Assembly: GCF_018350175.1 (NCBI RefSeq)
Contig: NC_058373.1
Coordinates: 118,174,001-118,238,000, forward strand
DNA: 64,000 nt
Direction: 5' to 3'
From: Felis catus
Taxonomy: Eukaryota
Part shown: positions 41,322-54,900 of the stretch, in pieces
Layout: every line of letters starts with the position of its first letter
How positions within the stretch are numbered: position 1 is the first letter of the stretch
Notes under the pieces: generated by a model
Database searches by the model: none
What the model saw: the letters and a program-made list of their open reading frames with translations, nothing else
Told to the model about the DNA's origin: nothing
Position numbers and translations under genes: made by a program

Positions 41322-42490
41322 GTATGTATGAGTGTTTTGTTTTATCATTCTCAAGGCTGATACGGCTTTTCTTCATTCTGTGTCATTATCACTTTGGTGG
41401 CCTCTGCTCTGAAGGGGCACAAAGGCTAGAGAGTTCATTCTCTCGGACAGCCAGAAGCAGTTGAGATAATGAGGGGTGATTATTACTTGATGCTTTAAGT
41501 AGAGAAAATGAGAGCTACAGAATCTTATTTCATGTATGGTATCACTGGATAGAGCTGAATTTATTTGGAATTGAGCAGGTAAAGAATTGAATATTGATTT
41601 TTTTCCACCTCAGGGCCATTGGTCCCATTGTTCTGCTGGAAGGTTCTTTTCTGGCTTTTTAAAAAATGTTTGTTTATTAGAGAGAGAATGAGAGAGAGAG
41701 AGAGAGAGAGGGAGCATATGTGTGTGTGATTGGGGGAGGGGCAGAGAGAGAGGGAGAGAAAGAATCTCAAGCAGGCTCTGTGCTCAATCCCATGAATCGC
41801 AAGATCATCATGACATGAGCCAAAACCGAGTCAGATGCTCAACCTATGGAGCCACCCAGGTGCTCCTCCTTTTTAACTTCGATGGATTAATTCCTCTCAT
41901 CTTTCTCATCTTCCCTTAAATGTCTAAGTACTCAAAGATAATTGCCCTGATCCTCATAAGAGAATTAGGTCCTTCCTGATGTTCTTTCTCATAGCAACCT
42001 GTTCTTTTTCACCTGTCACAAGATGCAAATCTGTTATTTATTTACAGTATTTACAGCCTGGTTTCCTTCTATACTGTAAGGCTTATGAGGGCAACTAGTG
42101 TCCAGGGCTAGTTATGTAATAAATGCTCAGTAAAAAGTCATTAAATGAAAGGAGGAAGAATTAATACAAGCTGGCATTCTCTAGACTCTTGGGAGACTGT
42201 TGTGTTGATTCTCTGGTGCTGTTGGTACGACCCCTTTGCCTTTAAGAAAAGTGCTTTCAGATTCACCTAGTTCTGTCTCAGGGACTCCCATTGGGCTCAA
42301 ACAGAGTTTTAAGTGAATTTTGGAATTTGAAATTAGCGAACTGTGTGGTGTTCTGAAAGCCAAACTTGTAATGTTTTGGAAGAAACGCTAAGATAATGAG
42401 TAAAGGTCAGGGATTGGAGACAGTAGCCAAAAGAGACTAGGTAATATTATCTGTATACGTTAGAGTTAGTTTGGGCTACATGTTATAGAA

Positions 42491-42814
42491 CAAGGGTTAG
42501 TAAGCCATAGTCCAAAGGACAGATCCGCCTGCCACCTGTTTTTAAAAATAAACTTTTACTGAAACACAACCATGTTCATTCATTTATATATTGTCTATTG
42601 CTGTCTTCATACTGACTTCATACTACAATGGCAGGGTTCAGTGGTTGGAACAGAGACCATATGGCAAAATTTAAAATATGTACTCTCTTGGGGTGCCTGG
42701 GTGGCTCAGTCAGTTGAGCATCCCTACTTTTGATATCAGCTCAGGTCATGATCCCAGGGTTGTGGGATCGAGTCCTGCATTGGGCTTTGTGCAGAGTGTG
42801 GAGTCTGCTTAAAA

Positions 42815-42869
<55 letters not shown>

Positions 42870-43086
42870 CTTCTTCTCCTCCTCCTCCTCCTCCTCCTCC
42901 TCCTCCTCCTCCTCCTCCTCCTCTTCTTCTCCTCCTCCTCTTCTCCTCCTCCTCCTCCTCCTCCTCCTCCTCCTCTCTCCCACCCATGCCTGCACTCTCT
43001 CTCTGTCTCTAAAATAAATAATGAAATAAAATAAAATTTAAAAAATGTGTACTCTCTAGTTCTTTACAGAAAGTTGCCTGACCCTG
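42491..43086 (+). mobile_element. MER58A-like hAT element carrying a CanSINE (~42690-43040), itself apparently inside an MLT1-like LTR (~42450-43570)
   Basis: Ends CAAGGGTT and ACCCTG with a degenerate 8-bp TSD (TTATAGAA/TTACAGGA); internal TTTTACTGAAACACAACCATGTTCATTCATTTA. Confidence 0.7.
42819..42981. repeat. (CT)n-(CTT)n-(CCT)n pure pyrimidine tract
   Basis: About 163 consecutive pyrimidines on the + strand. Confidence 0.92.
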
Positions 43087-43782
43087 TTACAGGAAATGAA
43101 AACAACTGGTTTAAATGGTATACATATTTTATCTGTTTCCCAGAGAGTGGTATTGGGTACTCAGTCCAGATTGGTATAGTGACTTCACATTTTTCAAGGA
43201 TTCAGTCTTCTTTCCTTTTCCTTTAGCTTCTATCATTTATGTTATTCAAGGTTCCTTATTGGTACTGGAGCTCTAGGCTTCAAATCAGACAACAGGAAGC
43301 AGGAAGGAGTGGCAGAGAAGAGGATATAAGACATCTCAGCAGAATTAACGCCTTTCTTAGAAGTTCAGCACAACATATCCGCTTATAACTCATTGACCAT
43401 ATTTAGCCTCGTGGCCACACCTAACTGTAAAGAAGTCAGAAAAAAGTCTTTTAGCTGGGAGACTGAGGACCTGGAATAAAAGCATGTTTATGTGAATGAG
43501 AAACCAAGGGGAAGATGGATATATTATATCAGAACAGTTCCTATAGGTGAAAAAAAAATAATTGTAAGCCACTGTATTATAAGCCCTCTTCCTCTGACAA
43601 CTATTTGTAGCCTCGGTATATGGCAGAACCCAGTTCTTTTAACAAATTGCTAATAAGCTATGGAGACAGAACATTTGAGGAGTAATTATTTCAATATAAA
43701 GCATCCACTAGATGGAGCCAGTGTCTGGTTCACGGAAGTCCACCTCTCCATATTTTGGATATCTCTTTTTATCTTGAAGCAC

Positions 43783-43783
43783 T

Positions 43784-43830
<47 letters not shown>
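43783..43830. repeat. (TTTA)n microsatellite at a SINE tail
   Basis: Read directly. Confidence 0.9.
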
Positions 43831-44203
43831 TTATTTTCTGAAGTTTATTTATTTTGAGAGAGAGACAGCAGGAGTCATGGAGGGGCAGAGAGAGAGGGGG
43901 AGAGAGAGAATCCCAAGCAGGTTCTGCACTGTCAGCACAGAGTCCAACATGGGGCTCGATCTCATGAACCATGAGATCATGACCTGAGCTGAAACCAAGA
44001 GTCAGATGCTTAACCGATTGAGCCACCCAGGCAACCCTAAAGCACTTAATTTAAAGTATAGCTAATTTTCTTAGCTAAAATTCTTGGCTAGATTGCTGAG
44101 ATGGAAAAAAGGTCACTTAAAGATACCGGTTTGAATCAAAGAAACAAGACAAGGAGAGGGTATGTGGTTTGACCTGGGGCTTTTGTGTTTTGTTTTATTA
44201 CAG

Positions 44204-44345
44204 AATCTATACCCCATTCACAGAAGACACCGAGACCGTGGGGCAGAGAGCCCTACACTCAATTCTGAATGCTGCTATCATGATCAGCGTCATTGTTGTC
44301 ATGACTATTCTCCTGGTGGTTCTGTATAAATACAGGTGCTATAAG
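44204..44345 (+). CDS. PSEN1: Presenilin-1 exon 5 (142 nt; loop 1 and TM2)
   Basis: Boundaries ttacag|AATCTAT and AAG|gtgagc. Translates to [47 protein letters not shown]; phase is consistent with exon 4. Confidence 0.97.
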
Positions 44346-47300
44346 GTGAGCGTGAGATATGGAGCTTTGGTTTCTACCATGTTCTTTTTGTGATTGGGTT
44401 TTCCTGTCTTGTACAAAAGGGTCTTATGTTGTAGAACTGATTTGATTTTGAGTTTTAATTTTTTTTTAATTTTTAGTTTAACTTTAAAAATTTAATTTTT
44501 AATTTCCAGATTTTCTTGAGTACAGGCCAGTAGAGCCTCCTTCAGACCCTGGTGTTAAACTCATTGGTGACTGGTTATATTCCCACTTCTGTATTGGGAG
44601 CCATCCATTCCCTTACTATCTCTCCTGCAGGAGCACTAGTTCTTTCCTTGGGAAATAAGGGCAGGGGAGATTGTGCGGGAAAGACACAGGCCCAACACTC
44701 CCAGCCTCTGCCCACTTAGCTCACCTGCTAGCTAAGGGATTCACTCTTGAATTTTTGCCACCTGGCACATATTTCAGATGCGTGCCTCAGAAAAATCACA
44801 AATTATTATAAGTCATGAGCCTGTAGGGTCTTTCTCAAAGAAAAGAAATGAATGATAACTTTCCAAATATTGAAGTCTACTCGATTTTCTTCTATTTATT
44901 TCTGTATATTCTTTAACATGGTTAAGATAAAATGTATAATCAGTATGTGTCCTTTCTTTTACTTTGGGATAAGCATTTTTCCATATTATAAATTCTCAGA
45001 AAATATGTCTAAAGGCTACATAACATTTGACTCAATGAGCGTATTGTAATTTACTTTCCCTAATCTCCCTGATGTTGGGCATTTAAGTTGTTTCCAGTTT
45101 TTTGCTATTCTAAACAATGAATGTCTTTGTGGAGCTTTTTCAGTTTTTCACATTATTTCCTTAGGGTAAAATCCTAGACACAGAATTTCAGGGATGAATT
45201 TTCTACATATTTTTAATCATTATGGTGTGCAAAATTCCTTTTTCAAAATGATAGTATTAGTTTGTACTTAACACTAGTAGAGAATGAGAATGTCTTACCC
45301 TACATTTACCAGCATTGAATTTTAATTTTTATAGATGAAACAAAATGCCTTAATTTGCATTTGGCTGGTATTTAGTAAAATCAAATACCTTTCCAGTGTT
45401 CACGAACTTTAAAATTATGCAGAATTTAACCTTGCTTGTTGAAAGTTTGAGTGGGTGGGAGTGTTAACCTAAGTGTTGGCCATCTGTAGTCTTGACATTG
45501 TTAGCAAGTGGAAAAGATGGAAGACAGGTGTGTATGATGATGGCAAGTGTCATTAATACTCAGAAAACCAAAGAGCGAATGATGTAAACCCTTGCTGCAA
45601 ACCATTCTCCTCCCCGTTTAAGTATCTTCATGACAATAACTTTGCCTGCCTGTGTTTACTTACTAGGTGCATGCTTCTGCTCTGCTGGACTTTTCTTCTT
45701 TGCGTTTTATGGGGAGTCTGTATCCTGTTTAGGGTTATAACCACACCTGTACACCTTGAGGAAGGACCAATAAGTTCATAACAGCTTTAAAAGTTTGCTT
45801 TCCTAAGCTTCTTCCTTTCTGTGATCTCCCTGGTACTTTTTGGGTTTTTTGGCCTCCCTTTTCCATTCCTCCAGCTAGAAATGACTTTATTTTACCAATG
45901 ACGGGGCTTTGTTTTACCAATGATGGGGCCACGAAGTGGGAGGACAGAAATGAAACAAGTGCAATGTGCCCCACTCTCTGGGAAGTACAGCTCCTCCAGG
46001 TTACAGAGGAAACTTCCCCTCTGAACTTTAGGCTCCTGCAACCCCCACTGCCACCCCCACAGGATTCTTTGAGAGCTGAATGTGAGAGAATGGTGAAAGG
46101 AAAAACCCAAAATTGAGATTTGTACATTCTCTTTTTTGTTAGGAGACCTCTTTCCTGTTCCTTTCCAGACCTAGGCTTGTAGAGCTCTCACTGTCTTGCT
46201 AATGCCCAGTCAGAGCTGCATTGAATTCTAATGGAGGAGGATAGTACTGGAGGGGAAAAAGTGATCAACTTATTTCTCATTCCCCAGCCCACCTGACTCT
46301 GTTCACTTTTCAGAGTCCTCACCTAGCAGCTGCATGCATTCTCTCCAAGTTTTATGGTTGCGTTTGGCAGGAGAGACAGGGTAGGTGTGCTTTTACTCCA
46401 TGGCACCTTGAACCTCTCTTGATACATTTTTGGTCAGTTTTGTGCATCTTTTAGTTACATCTCATGTAACTCTTTTAGAAAGTATGCAAGGGTTCATTTT
46501 CAGCCACATTTCTACATTTATTTGTTCATGGGTGTTGTTTTGTTTTGCTTTTTAACATTAAGTTCAAGTCTTAGCAGGCACAGCCAATTCTATAGGAACA
46601 AGTTGTTTACTTTGATTCCTAGAGTAAAATAAAAGGAGCTTTTGAGTCAGAAATTCAGAAACTTGCCAGGACCTGTTTGGAAATAAACCCTGAAGATTTG
46701 TTATGTCAGTGGTTGGTTGTGCAATGTCTGTGAGAAGCACAAGAAGCTAAAAGACCAAACAAACTTTTAAAAAGGTAGAAACTGAAAAGGCAGTTAATTA
46801 TTACATATCAGGTTATAGATGAAGCTATATAACTTACCAAAAGCACATGATTTCCGGCCTGGCTAGTTCAGGGTTTAGAGGAGATGCCTGCTGTTCTACA
46901 CTGAAGCATGGCTCTTTTCTTTCAGAGCCTTTAGCACAGGAAAGCTGAACTAGGGATTTTTGCAAGATGAGGAAAAAAAGCCTGTTTTACCACCTGATGT
47001 TCTAGTAAAAGGGCAAGTGCTATTTAGTCATCATCAGAAGAGGCTTTGAATTCAGGTAATAATGCAGAAAATCATAACATTAGTGACCAAAAACCATTAT
47101 TACAGACAAAGGGCTAATATCTTTACAATATGAAGAGCCCTTTCAAACTATTAAGAAAATTATGAACATCGTAGGGGCGCCTGGCTCCTACGTAGGGGCG
47201 GCTGCCTTGGTTGGTAGAGCATGTGGCCCTTGACCTCTGGCTTGTAAGTTTGAGCCCCACATTGGGTGTAGAGATTACTTTAAAAAAAAAAATGAAATCT

Positions 47301-50191
47301 TTATAAAAAGAAAAAAAATTAGGAACATCCTATAAATTTTTAGAAACCCAAGCCACAGGAATTACAAAGGAAATGAAGATGGCCAGGAGAGAAACAGAGA
47401 GATGTGTATATATGTTTCCTCAATAGAAAAACAAGAAACATTAGAATAACAAATTGATACATTTCACCTATTGACTTGGTAAAGATTAATACAGGCTTTT
47501 TTGTGTGTGAAGTCACTAAGCCAATATATATCAATAGTCAGTAATAAGAGTCTGTACACTTTGATTCCATAATTTTGCTTTCATGATATATCTGAAATAA
47601 AGAATTTGAAATGCAGGAAAATATGTGCATGCTAAGATATTTATCCTAGCATAAATTACAATTGAGAAAAAATTGGAAATTGTAATTCCCTAAGAAATTG
47701 GGAATAAGAAAAGGTTAAATAAATAAGAAAAGGCTAAGGGGCACCTGGGTAGCTCAGTTGGTTAAGCATCCGACTCTTGATTTCAGCTCTGGTCATCTCT
47801 CACAGTTTATGAGATCAAGCCCCTCATTGGGCAGAGAGAGAATTCCAAGGAGGCTTTGCACTGACAGCACGGAGCCTCCTTGGAATTCTCTCTCTACCCC
47901 TCTCTTGCTTGCTCGCTCTCTCTCAAAATAAACTAAAAAATTTTTTAAAAGGCAGAATATTAAACTGTATATTACTTGATTCTAATATTGTTAAAAGGTC
48001 TTTATACATGCAGACAGAAAACATACCTGAAAAAAAAAAAAAGTTAATTAACAACTTTGTCCCCAATCAGTGGGAATTGTTTCCTTCTTTTAGTGTTTAT
48101 CTTCTCAATATTATGCATATATGTTGCTTTTCTTTTCAGATAAATGCTTTCTTAAAATAATGCCCCCATGTTCCCTTGCTGAAAAAACAAAGAGCTTATC
48201 TCAAGAAAGATGAGAATTTCTAGTATTCAGTGTTTACTCCTGCTTTTTAATTCAGCACTTAATACGGGGTACCAATGTACATCTTCCACTTGTTAAAGCT
48301 CTTCTGTTTTGTAATATTTTATATAACTTTTTAGTTTTGTAATGGATTATTTCTGTAGCTGAGACTTGGGAGCATGAGGGACTGGGAAGCCCGCAAGGAG
48401 GTTGCTTTTTGCTCTTTCAGCTTTACTGGGTTTTCTGCAGACCAACCAGAGGAAGGGCTCCCTTTAGAATATTTTGCTAAAGTTGAAGTATTCAGAGGGA
48501 AGTGTATAGGTGTCTTCACTTTACTTTGATATGTATTAAAAATAAAAAGGACTAATAGATGGCGAACTGGATAGAAATGCTGCAAAGCAAGTATAGGAAA
48601 ATGTGAATGGTAGCTGGATATTCACTGTGAAATTCTTTAAACTTTGCTGTATGTTTGAAAAATTTTTTATAATACATTGTTGGGGGAAATTTTTGTGAAA
48701 GAACACTAGAAATTAAGTTTGTTGCATTCAGGTAGTCAGTTTAGAATATTCAGATGTCCAAGGAATACCAGCTTCCATGTAAAGCCATTCTTTTGACTTT
48801 TCCCCAAATTGTACCATTTTATAAAGTTGTTCTAAAGAAAAAGAGGCAGCAGAAATCTTTCAAAGGCATTGACAATCATAGATCACCTTGGGTAATCAAA
48901 ACAGAACCACAAGAGAAAGAAAAACTAACATACATTTTAATCACAACTAGATTTTGATAGCTTAGAGCCTGATTATTGGAACAACTGGATCTGGGAGGTG
49001 GGTGTGGGAGTTTTTTTTTTTTTAATGAAGACAAAATAATACTCTGGGTAAGAGACTATGTTTGGAAAATTTACTGGTTAAGTAACTTCTGTCATTAAAC
49101 AGTAAGCTTCATTGAAAGATTGAAGCATATAATGGGTGTATCCACCTCAAAATAATTTCAATTTGGTTAGAAATTACTTGACAGTTTTTTTTTGTGCTTC
49201 TCCGTTCTGTTCTTAAAATCTCCAGGCTCCCTGGGTTGTATTGTATTTTCCCAAATACACCTGTTACATAAAATTAACATTTAAAATGTTCATCTTGTGT
49301 AACAGATGACAAAAGTCAAATTCTGATTCTATCTCTCATATTCATAAGCTGTACATGAGTAATAGTGACTAATATTTGTATAGTGCTGTATGAATTGTGC
49401 ATGATGATGGACTTAGAAGTGTTCCAAAGAATTCGTAATATTACTACTTAGTAATGAACCATGTTGAATAAAATAGAAAGTGTTCTAATACTTACTGAAA
49501 CTTTAGATTCTGAATATTTCATCAAATGGTTATATAATTTAAAGGCTTATTTTTGTTAATACAGTTAATGTATGCATATACAAGTCACCTAATGGAATAT
49601 CTGATTTTCAATTTTATTGTATTCAGTTTTTTCTATTTATTTCAGAAATACCACAAAAAATTTCCATTGAAAATATTGCTCCTTTAAAGTTTAAGTGTGG
49701 ACCTTTGGTTCCCCAAAAGTCAAATGAATTCATAATTCATTTTAGACTGTATTCTTCTTAAAATTTCACATATTTCTGGGGCACCTGAGTGGCTTAGTTG
49801 GTTAAGCGTCCGACTTTGGCTCAGGTAATGATCTTGCAGCTCGTGGGTTTGAGCCCCACGTTGGGCTTTGTGCTGACAGTTCAGAGCCTGGAGCCTGTTT
49901 CAGATTCTGTGTCTCTCTCTCTCTCTGCCCCTCCCCCACTTGCACTCTGTCTCTCTCAAAAATAAACATTAAAAAAAATTTTTTTTAATTTTCATATATT
50001 TGTAGAGGAACAAGGTCTGTATATGTCTTGCTGAATTCTCTCTTCTGCAGTAGTTCAGCACCAAAGCGTTCTAATAGAAGTATGCACTGATCCCAAAATC
50101 AGTTTGAGTTCTGCCATTTGAAAAGCATAACACATACAGAAATAATACATTATTTTTGAAGTAAGAAATTTGCCTTTTTGTAGGGTTATAG

Positions 50192-50296
<105 letters not shown>

Positions 50297-51555
50297 TAAG
50301 TGGTGAAATATTTGGTCTGTTTTTCAGAAATTAAATCTGTTTGATCTATATAACTGTGACTTAAAGCCACGTACTTTGTTGATGAATTACTCTTAAATTA
50401 TAATTGTTTTTATATGTAGTTTGTACCTGGTATATATAAGGCTGGTTAGTATTGTAAAATATCTATGTATATATATTTTTTTAATGGCTACACTAAATTT
50501 CTTGATAACATCATATGTCCTAGCTATAAAATTTATTTTGCGTGTTTAATTTTATTATTATCATTCTTTATTTTTGAGAGAGAGTGCGCACGAGTCGGGG
50601 AGGGGCAGAGAGAGGAGAGACACAGTATGCAGAGCAGCTCCAGGCTCTGAACCGGCAGCACAGAGCCCCATGAAGGGCTCAAACCCACAAGCTGTGGGAT
50701 CATGATCTGAGCTGAAGTCGGACGCTCAACTGACTGAGCCACCCAGGCTCCCCACATGTTTAATTTTTTAATTAATCTATTTTAGTTAAATATTAAAGTT
50801 TATTTTTATTTATTTTGGGAGAGAGAGATCAAGGAGGGGAGGGGCAGAGAGAGAGGGAGAGAGAGAATCTCAAGCAGGCTCTGTTCCATCGGTGCGGACC
50901 CCAACACGGGGCTCGAACTCATAAACTGTGAGATCATGACCTGAGCCTAAATCAGTATCTCAGCTTGGGGCACCTGAGTGGCTCAGCTGGTTAAGTACCT
51001 GACTCGTGTTTTCGGCTCAAGTCATGATCTCATATTTGTAAGATCAAGCCCCATGTCAGGGGCTCTGTGGTAGGTGTGGAGCCTGCTTAAGATTCTCTTT
51101 CTCTCCTTCCCTCTGTCCCTCCCCTGCTTGTGCTCACTCTCTCTCTTTCAAAGAATTATAAATAGGGGTGCCTGGGTGGCTCAGTCGGTTAAGCGTCCGA
51201 CTTCGGCTCAGGTCATGATCTCACAGTCTGTGAGTTCGAGCCCCGCATCAGGCTCTGTGCTGACAGCTCAGAGCCTGGAGCCTGTTTCAGATTCTGTGTC
51301 TCCCTCTCTCTGACCCTCCCCTGTTCATGCTCTGTCTCTCTCTGTCTCAAAAATAAATAAACGTTTAAAAAAATTTTTTTTAATAAAAAAAAAGAAAAAT
51401 AAGCTCAACTTGAGGGGAAAAGTGAACTAATTTAAAGGAAACTATTAATAGCACAGTTGATAATAAGATATGAAAATATGAAGGTGAGATAGGAATATCT
51501 AATTTGGGGGAACCATAGTTCTAAACAATGCTTTGATGAAAATTACTATATATAA

Positions 51556-51822
<267 letters not shown>

Positions 51823-52799
51823 TGACATTTTGTTCATCACAGAAGTACCTCACTGGTGTGTTTCCCTTCCTTTTCCAGTTATCTTGACTTAGGAAAGTGA
51901 TAACTGTTACATCCCATAGCTCTTCAGTAAATAAGTAATTAGCTATAGTATCTTTTTCATATAAAGATCTCCATTGTTTTGAGGTTAAGTTCTTTAAAAA
52001 TGTTTTCTGATTGCCCCCCAGTTGAACCCAGTGATGGATTAGTGGAAGGATCCATAGACTTCTGGTTAGAAGTCTATAGGACTCAGATTTAAGTCTCATC
52101 TCTAGCACTGAGTATCTTTGTGACAGTAGGAAAGTGCCTCAAACTCTTTGAGCTTCCGTTTCCTCATTTGGAAAATGGGAACGATGCTTCCCAGAGTTGT
52201 AAGAGTTCAGAACATATGTTGAAAAACACTAGCAGAGTACTTTATACACATAAAATGCTCAGTTGGTTTTTAAAATCAAAATTAGGTTACCTACTTCTTA
52301 TAAGGTAACCTGGGTAGAATTATTCTTTTAAAAATAAAACGTATGTGGGCAGTGTGAGATTCAAATTCATGAACAACCAGTGTGACATGGGTGCTGAACA
52401 GTCAGAATGTGCCGTTGCCATGAATAACAAAAGCAGCTGTATAGGTATGTACTTCGTGGCTGTCGCCCTGCACGAAAGCCAAAAAGAGATCCATTTTCAG
52501 AGGTCAGCATGTGGTCTCTGATTATAATTAGACAGTGCTCTTTTATTGCTATTCAAATGCTTATTAAAATGTTAGGTGACCTGTAGTAGGAATCCTAACC
52601 ATCCCCACTTGATTAATAAAGAAAAAGTCTGTGGAAATAGAATTAATTTGGTTCTGTTCTCATATTTGAGCAGTCCTAGAACTATAGAAGTCATATATTG
52701 TTTGTGCTTTTCGTGATGATCTTAGGTTGTACAGTACTTGATGGTTTGCAGAGTACTCATCTATTATTGTATAGCTGTGTTCTGGCCAGTTCTGGCCCC

Positions 52800-54900
52800 C
52801 ATCTAATCAGCAGCTGGTAAATACTTTGCAGAGATTTTACTAATATGTTCTTCAGTGCCTTTTCAACAGCTGCAGTTTGCTTTCACCTTCAAAGGGACAC
52901 ATGCTAGATCTTTACCTAGCTGCTCATGGAATTCTTCAGCAGTGCAACCGTTGTGTATTATTTTTGTTGTCTAGATCTTAACCACATCCAGCTTTCTCCA
53001 GGAGCACAGATACAACATCACACTGATGATATTATCCTCTGAAGAGATTCATTTGACATACTCATTGGAGATATACAAATATTCACAAAGGAGCTCAAAA
53101 AAATGGGGTGGGCATTGCCTATACATAGTACCAGGCTTTGCCACCCCAGTTGAATTCCTGAAAATTATTTGGTGGGCTGAGGTGTAGCCGCACACTGAAG
53201 AGAAAGTTCTCAGACACTTAGACTGAGTGGATGTGCAGGGCTGCCTCTACCGGTGAAACAGCAGCAGCACCAAACTGCACATAGTCTTTATTTTGTGTTC
53301 GCCAGGTATAAACATCAAAGAATGTGAAAACATGGGAGGAAAACCCAAAGAGCCTCCAGACGTAGACCAAACACACATCTGGTGTTTACGGAAAAGCATG
53401 TAGGGAAGATGTGCAGTTTCGAGGACTGCTAGGCAATTAGAGGGCTCTGGTTCCCTAACTGGCTCCTGGGAGATCAGGGGGCTCTGTTCTCATTGTGCTA
53501 TCATGTTCGACAGCCTTGAGACCAGAACATTGCTGATGTTTCAGCAGTTACCCCATTCACTTACCCAGGGCTTACAATACAGTCTCTGGAAATAACTCCA
53601 CACTGAGGCCTTCTACATCTCTGACACCGTCAAGAAATAGCAACAGAGCCTCCCTATATCCACAATGTTAAAATAAGCCCCATATTTTTTTTAGGCGTTT
53701 TTGGGATCTGGAGGCAACCTATCCCTCATTTACAAATTTTACTTAAGCCTGTTTATACTGTTAATAACAAATTGGCCCATCTTGAATTAGGGCCTTCTAC
53801 AATAAAGGGCTCTAAGAATCTCCAAATTGTAATAGAACAGTCACTTCCCTTAATGTCCCCTCTCCCCACCTCCAGAGAATCATTCACTGTAGAAGCTCTG
53901 GCAACCTCCTTTCACACCTGAAATCTCTGGACCGCTTATGATCAGAAGTTGCCCGTGGATTCTGGTGTGAGAAACTGCCCTCCTCAGTCTCCTGCTATAT
54001 ACCATTAGAGTGGAAGTTGGAGAGTACATATTGAGCTCTCCTGGAAACAAAAGTTTTTCATAGGCCCTGAACCTGTGGAGCTCCATATCTTTCTGTGTGT
54101 CATGGAGGCAGCATTTTGCAAGTTCAAGACAACTACCAGGGCCTCCCTGCTAAGACAGAAATGTTACCTACAGGATAGAGCCAAGTCTGGGCCTTCTGGA
54201 GCATTGCACCTACAAGAGAGGTGGCCCCTTCTATCCTTAGTCCCCTGCTGGTTGACAGGGTGCTAGAAGAGGTCACCCCTCTCTCAGACCTGTGGCTACC
54301 TGGGAAGCCCTTTGGGAACAAACGAGTGGACGGCAGTGGGAGTTTGTACACCTGATGGACAGCATCAAAGTTACACGTGATGAAACTTACTAAAGAGCTC
54401 CTTCTTTTCGTTCCCTAACCCAGACATCCTTGATAAGAGAGTGGGATCCAGAGGTCAGCAAAATTAGCTGAACTTTAGCCAATCATCTTATCCTAGCCAA
54501 CAAGTGACTTCATCTCTGCATTTTTACAGACGCCTGGGCCATTGCCAATGGTGTAGTCATCTGGTTCCACCAATGGTAGCAACAGCAATTACTTATCCAA
54601 GGTTTTCCTCTTTAAGGAAAATAACTGTGAGAATCTCTGGCCTCACAGATAACCAGAATATATATCAAGGTTACACATGTCTCTACAAATTAAAGCCACA
54701 GTCTAGGCCTCACTTTATCCACTGTGGAGTTCCAGACATTAATAGTGAGTTCCACATTAATAGTGACTATCTCACCTGTAAAAGTACACAATGCTGGGCT
54801 CTTGAACAAGGGTTTCAGTGGGACTGTCACCGTCCCTACCAGCCCCAGGCTACAGGCCTCACAGAGCACCATTGTGACATACACAAGCAAGTTAAAATTT
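52800..54900 (+). mobile_element. Decayed class III (ERV-L-like) endogenous retrovirus pol remnant (RT, RNase H, integrase)
   Basis: Collinear frameshifted motifs: NMFFSVP, QLQFAFTFKG, HHTDDIIL (53016-53039; YxDD position), FGIWRQPIPHLQILLKPVY, SAKLAEL, CIFTDAWAIANGVVIW, WALEQGFQWDCHRPYQPQATGLTE. Confidence 0.85.
53183..53602 (-). mobile_element. Solo LTR (420 bp) inserted in the ERV-L-like RT region
   Basis: TG...CA termini; perfect 6-bp TSD CTGAGG (53177-53182 and 53603-53608); AATAAA on the - strand (TTTATT 53287-53292). Confidence 0.8.

Noticed and set aside
41322..41333. Second GT four bases into intron 4 (gtatgtatgagt)
   Set aside because: Use would shift the frame; such tandem GTs are common and nothing in the sequence shows it is used.
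42730..43017. Low-complexity ORFs (poly-S/L and poly-E/G/R)
   Set aside because: Translations of the CT/CCT microsatellite.
45560..46420. Possible ancient LTR-like segment with a short direct repeat and a 130-aa antisense ORF
   Set aside because: No clear termini or TSD and no family I can name; needs a Dfam search.
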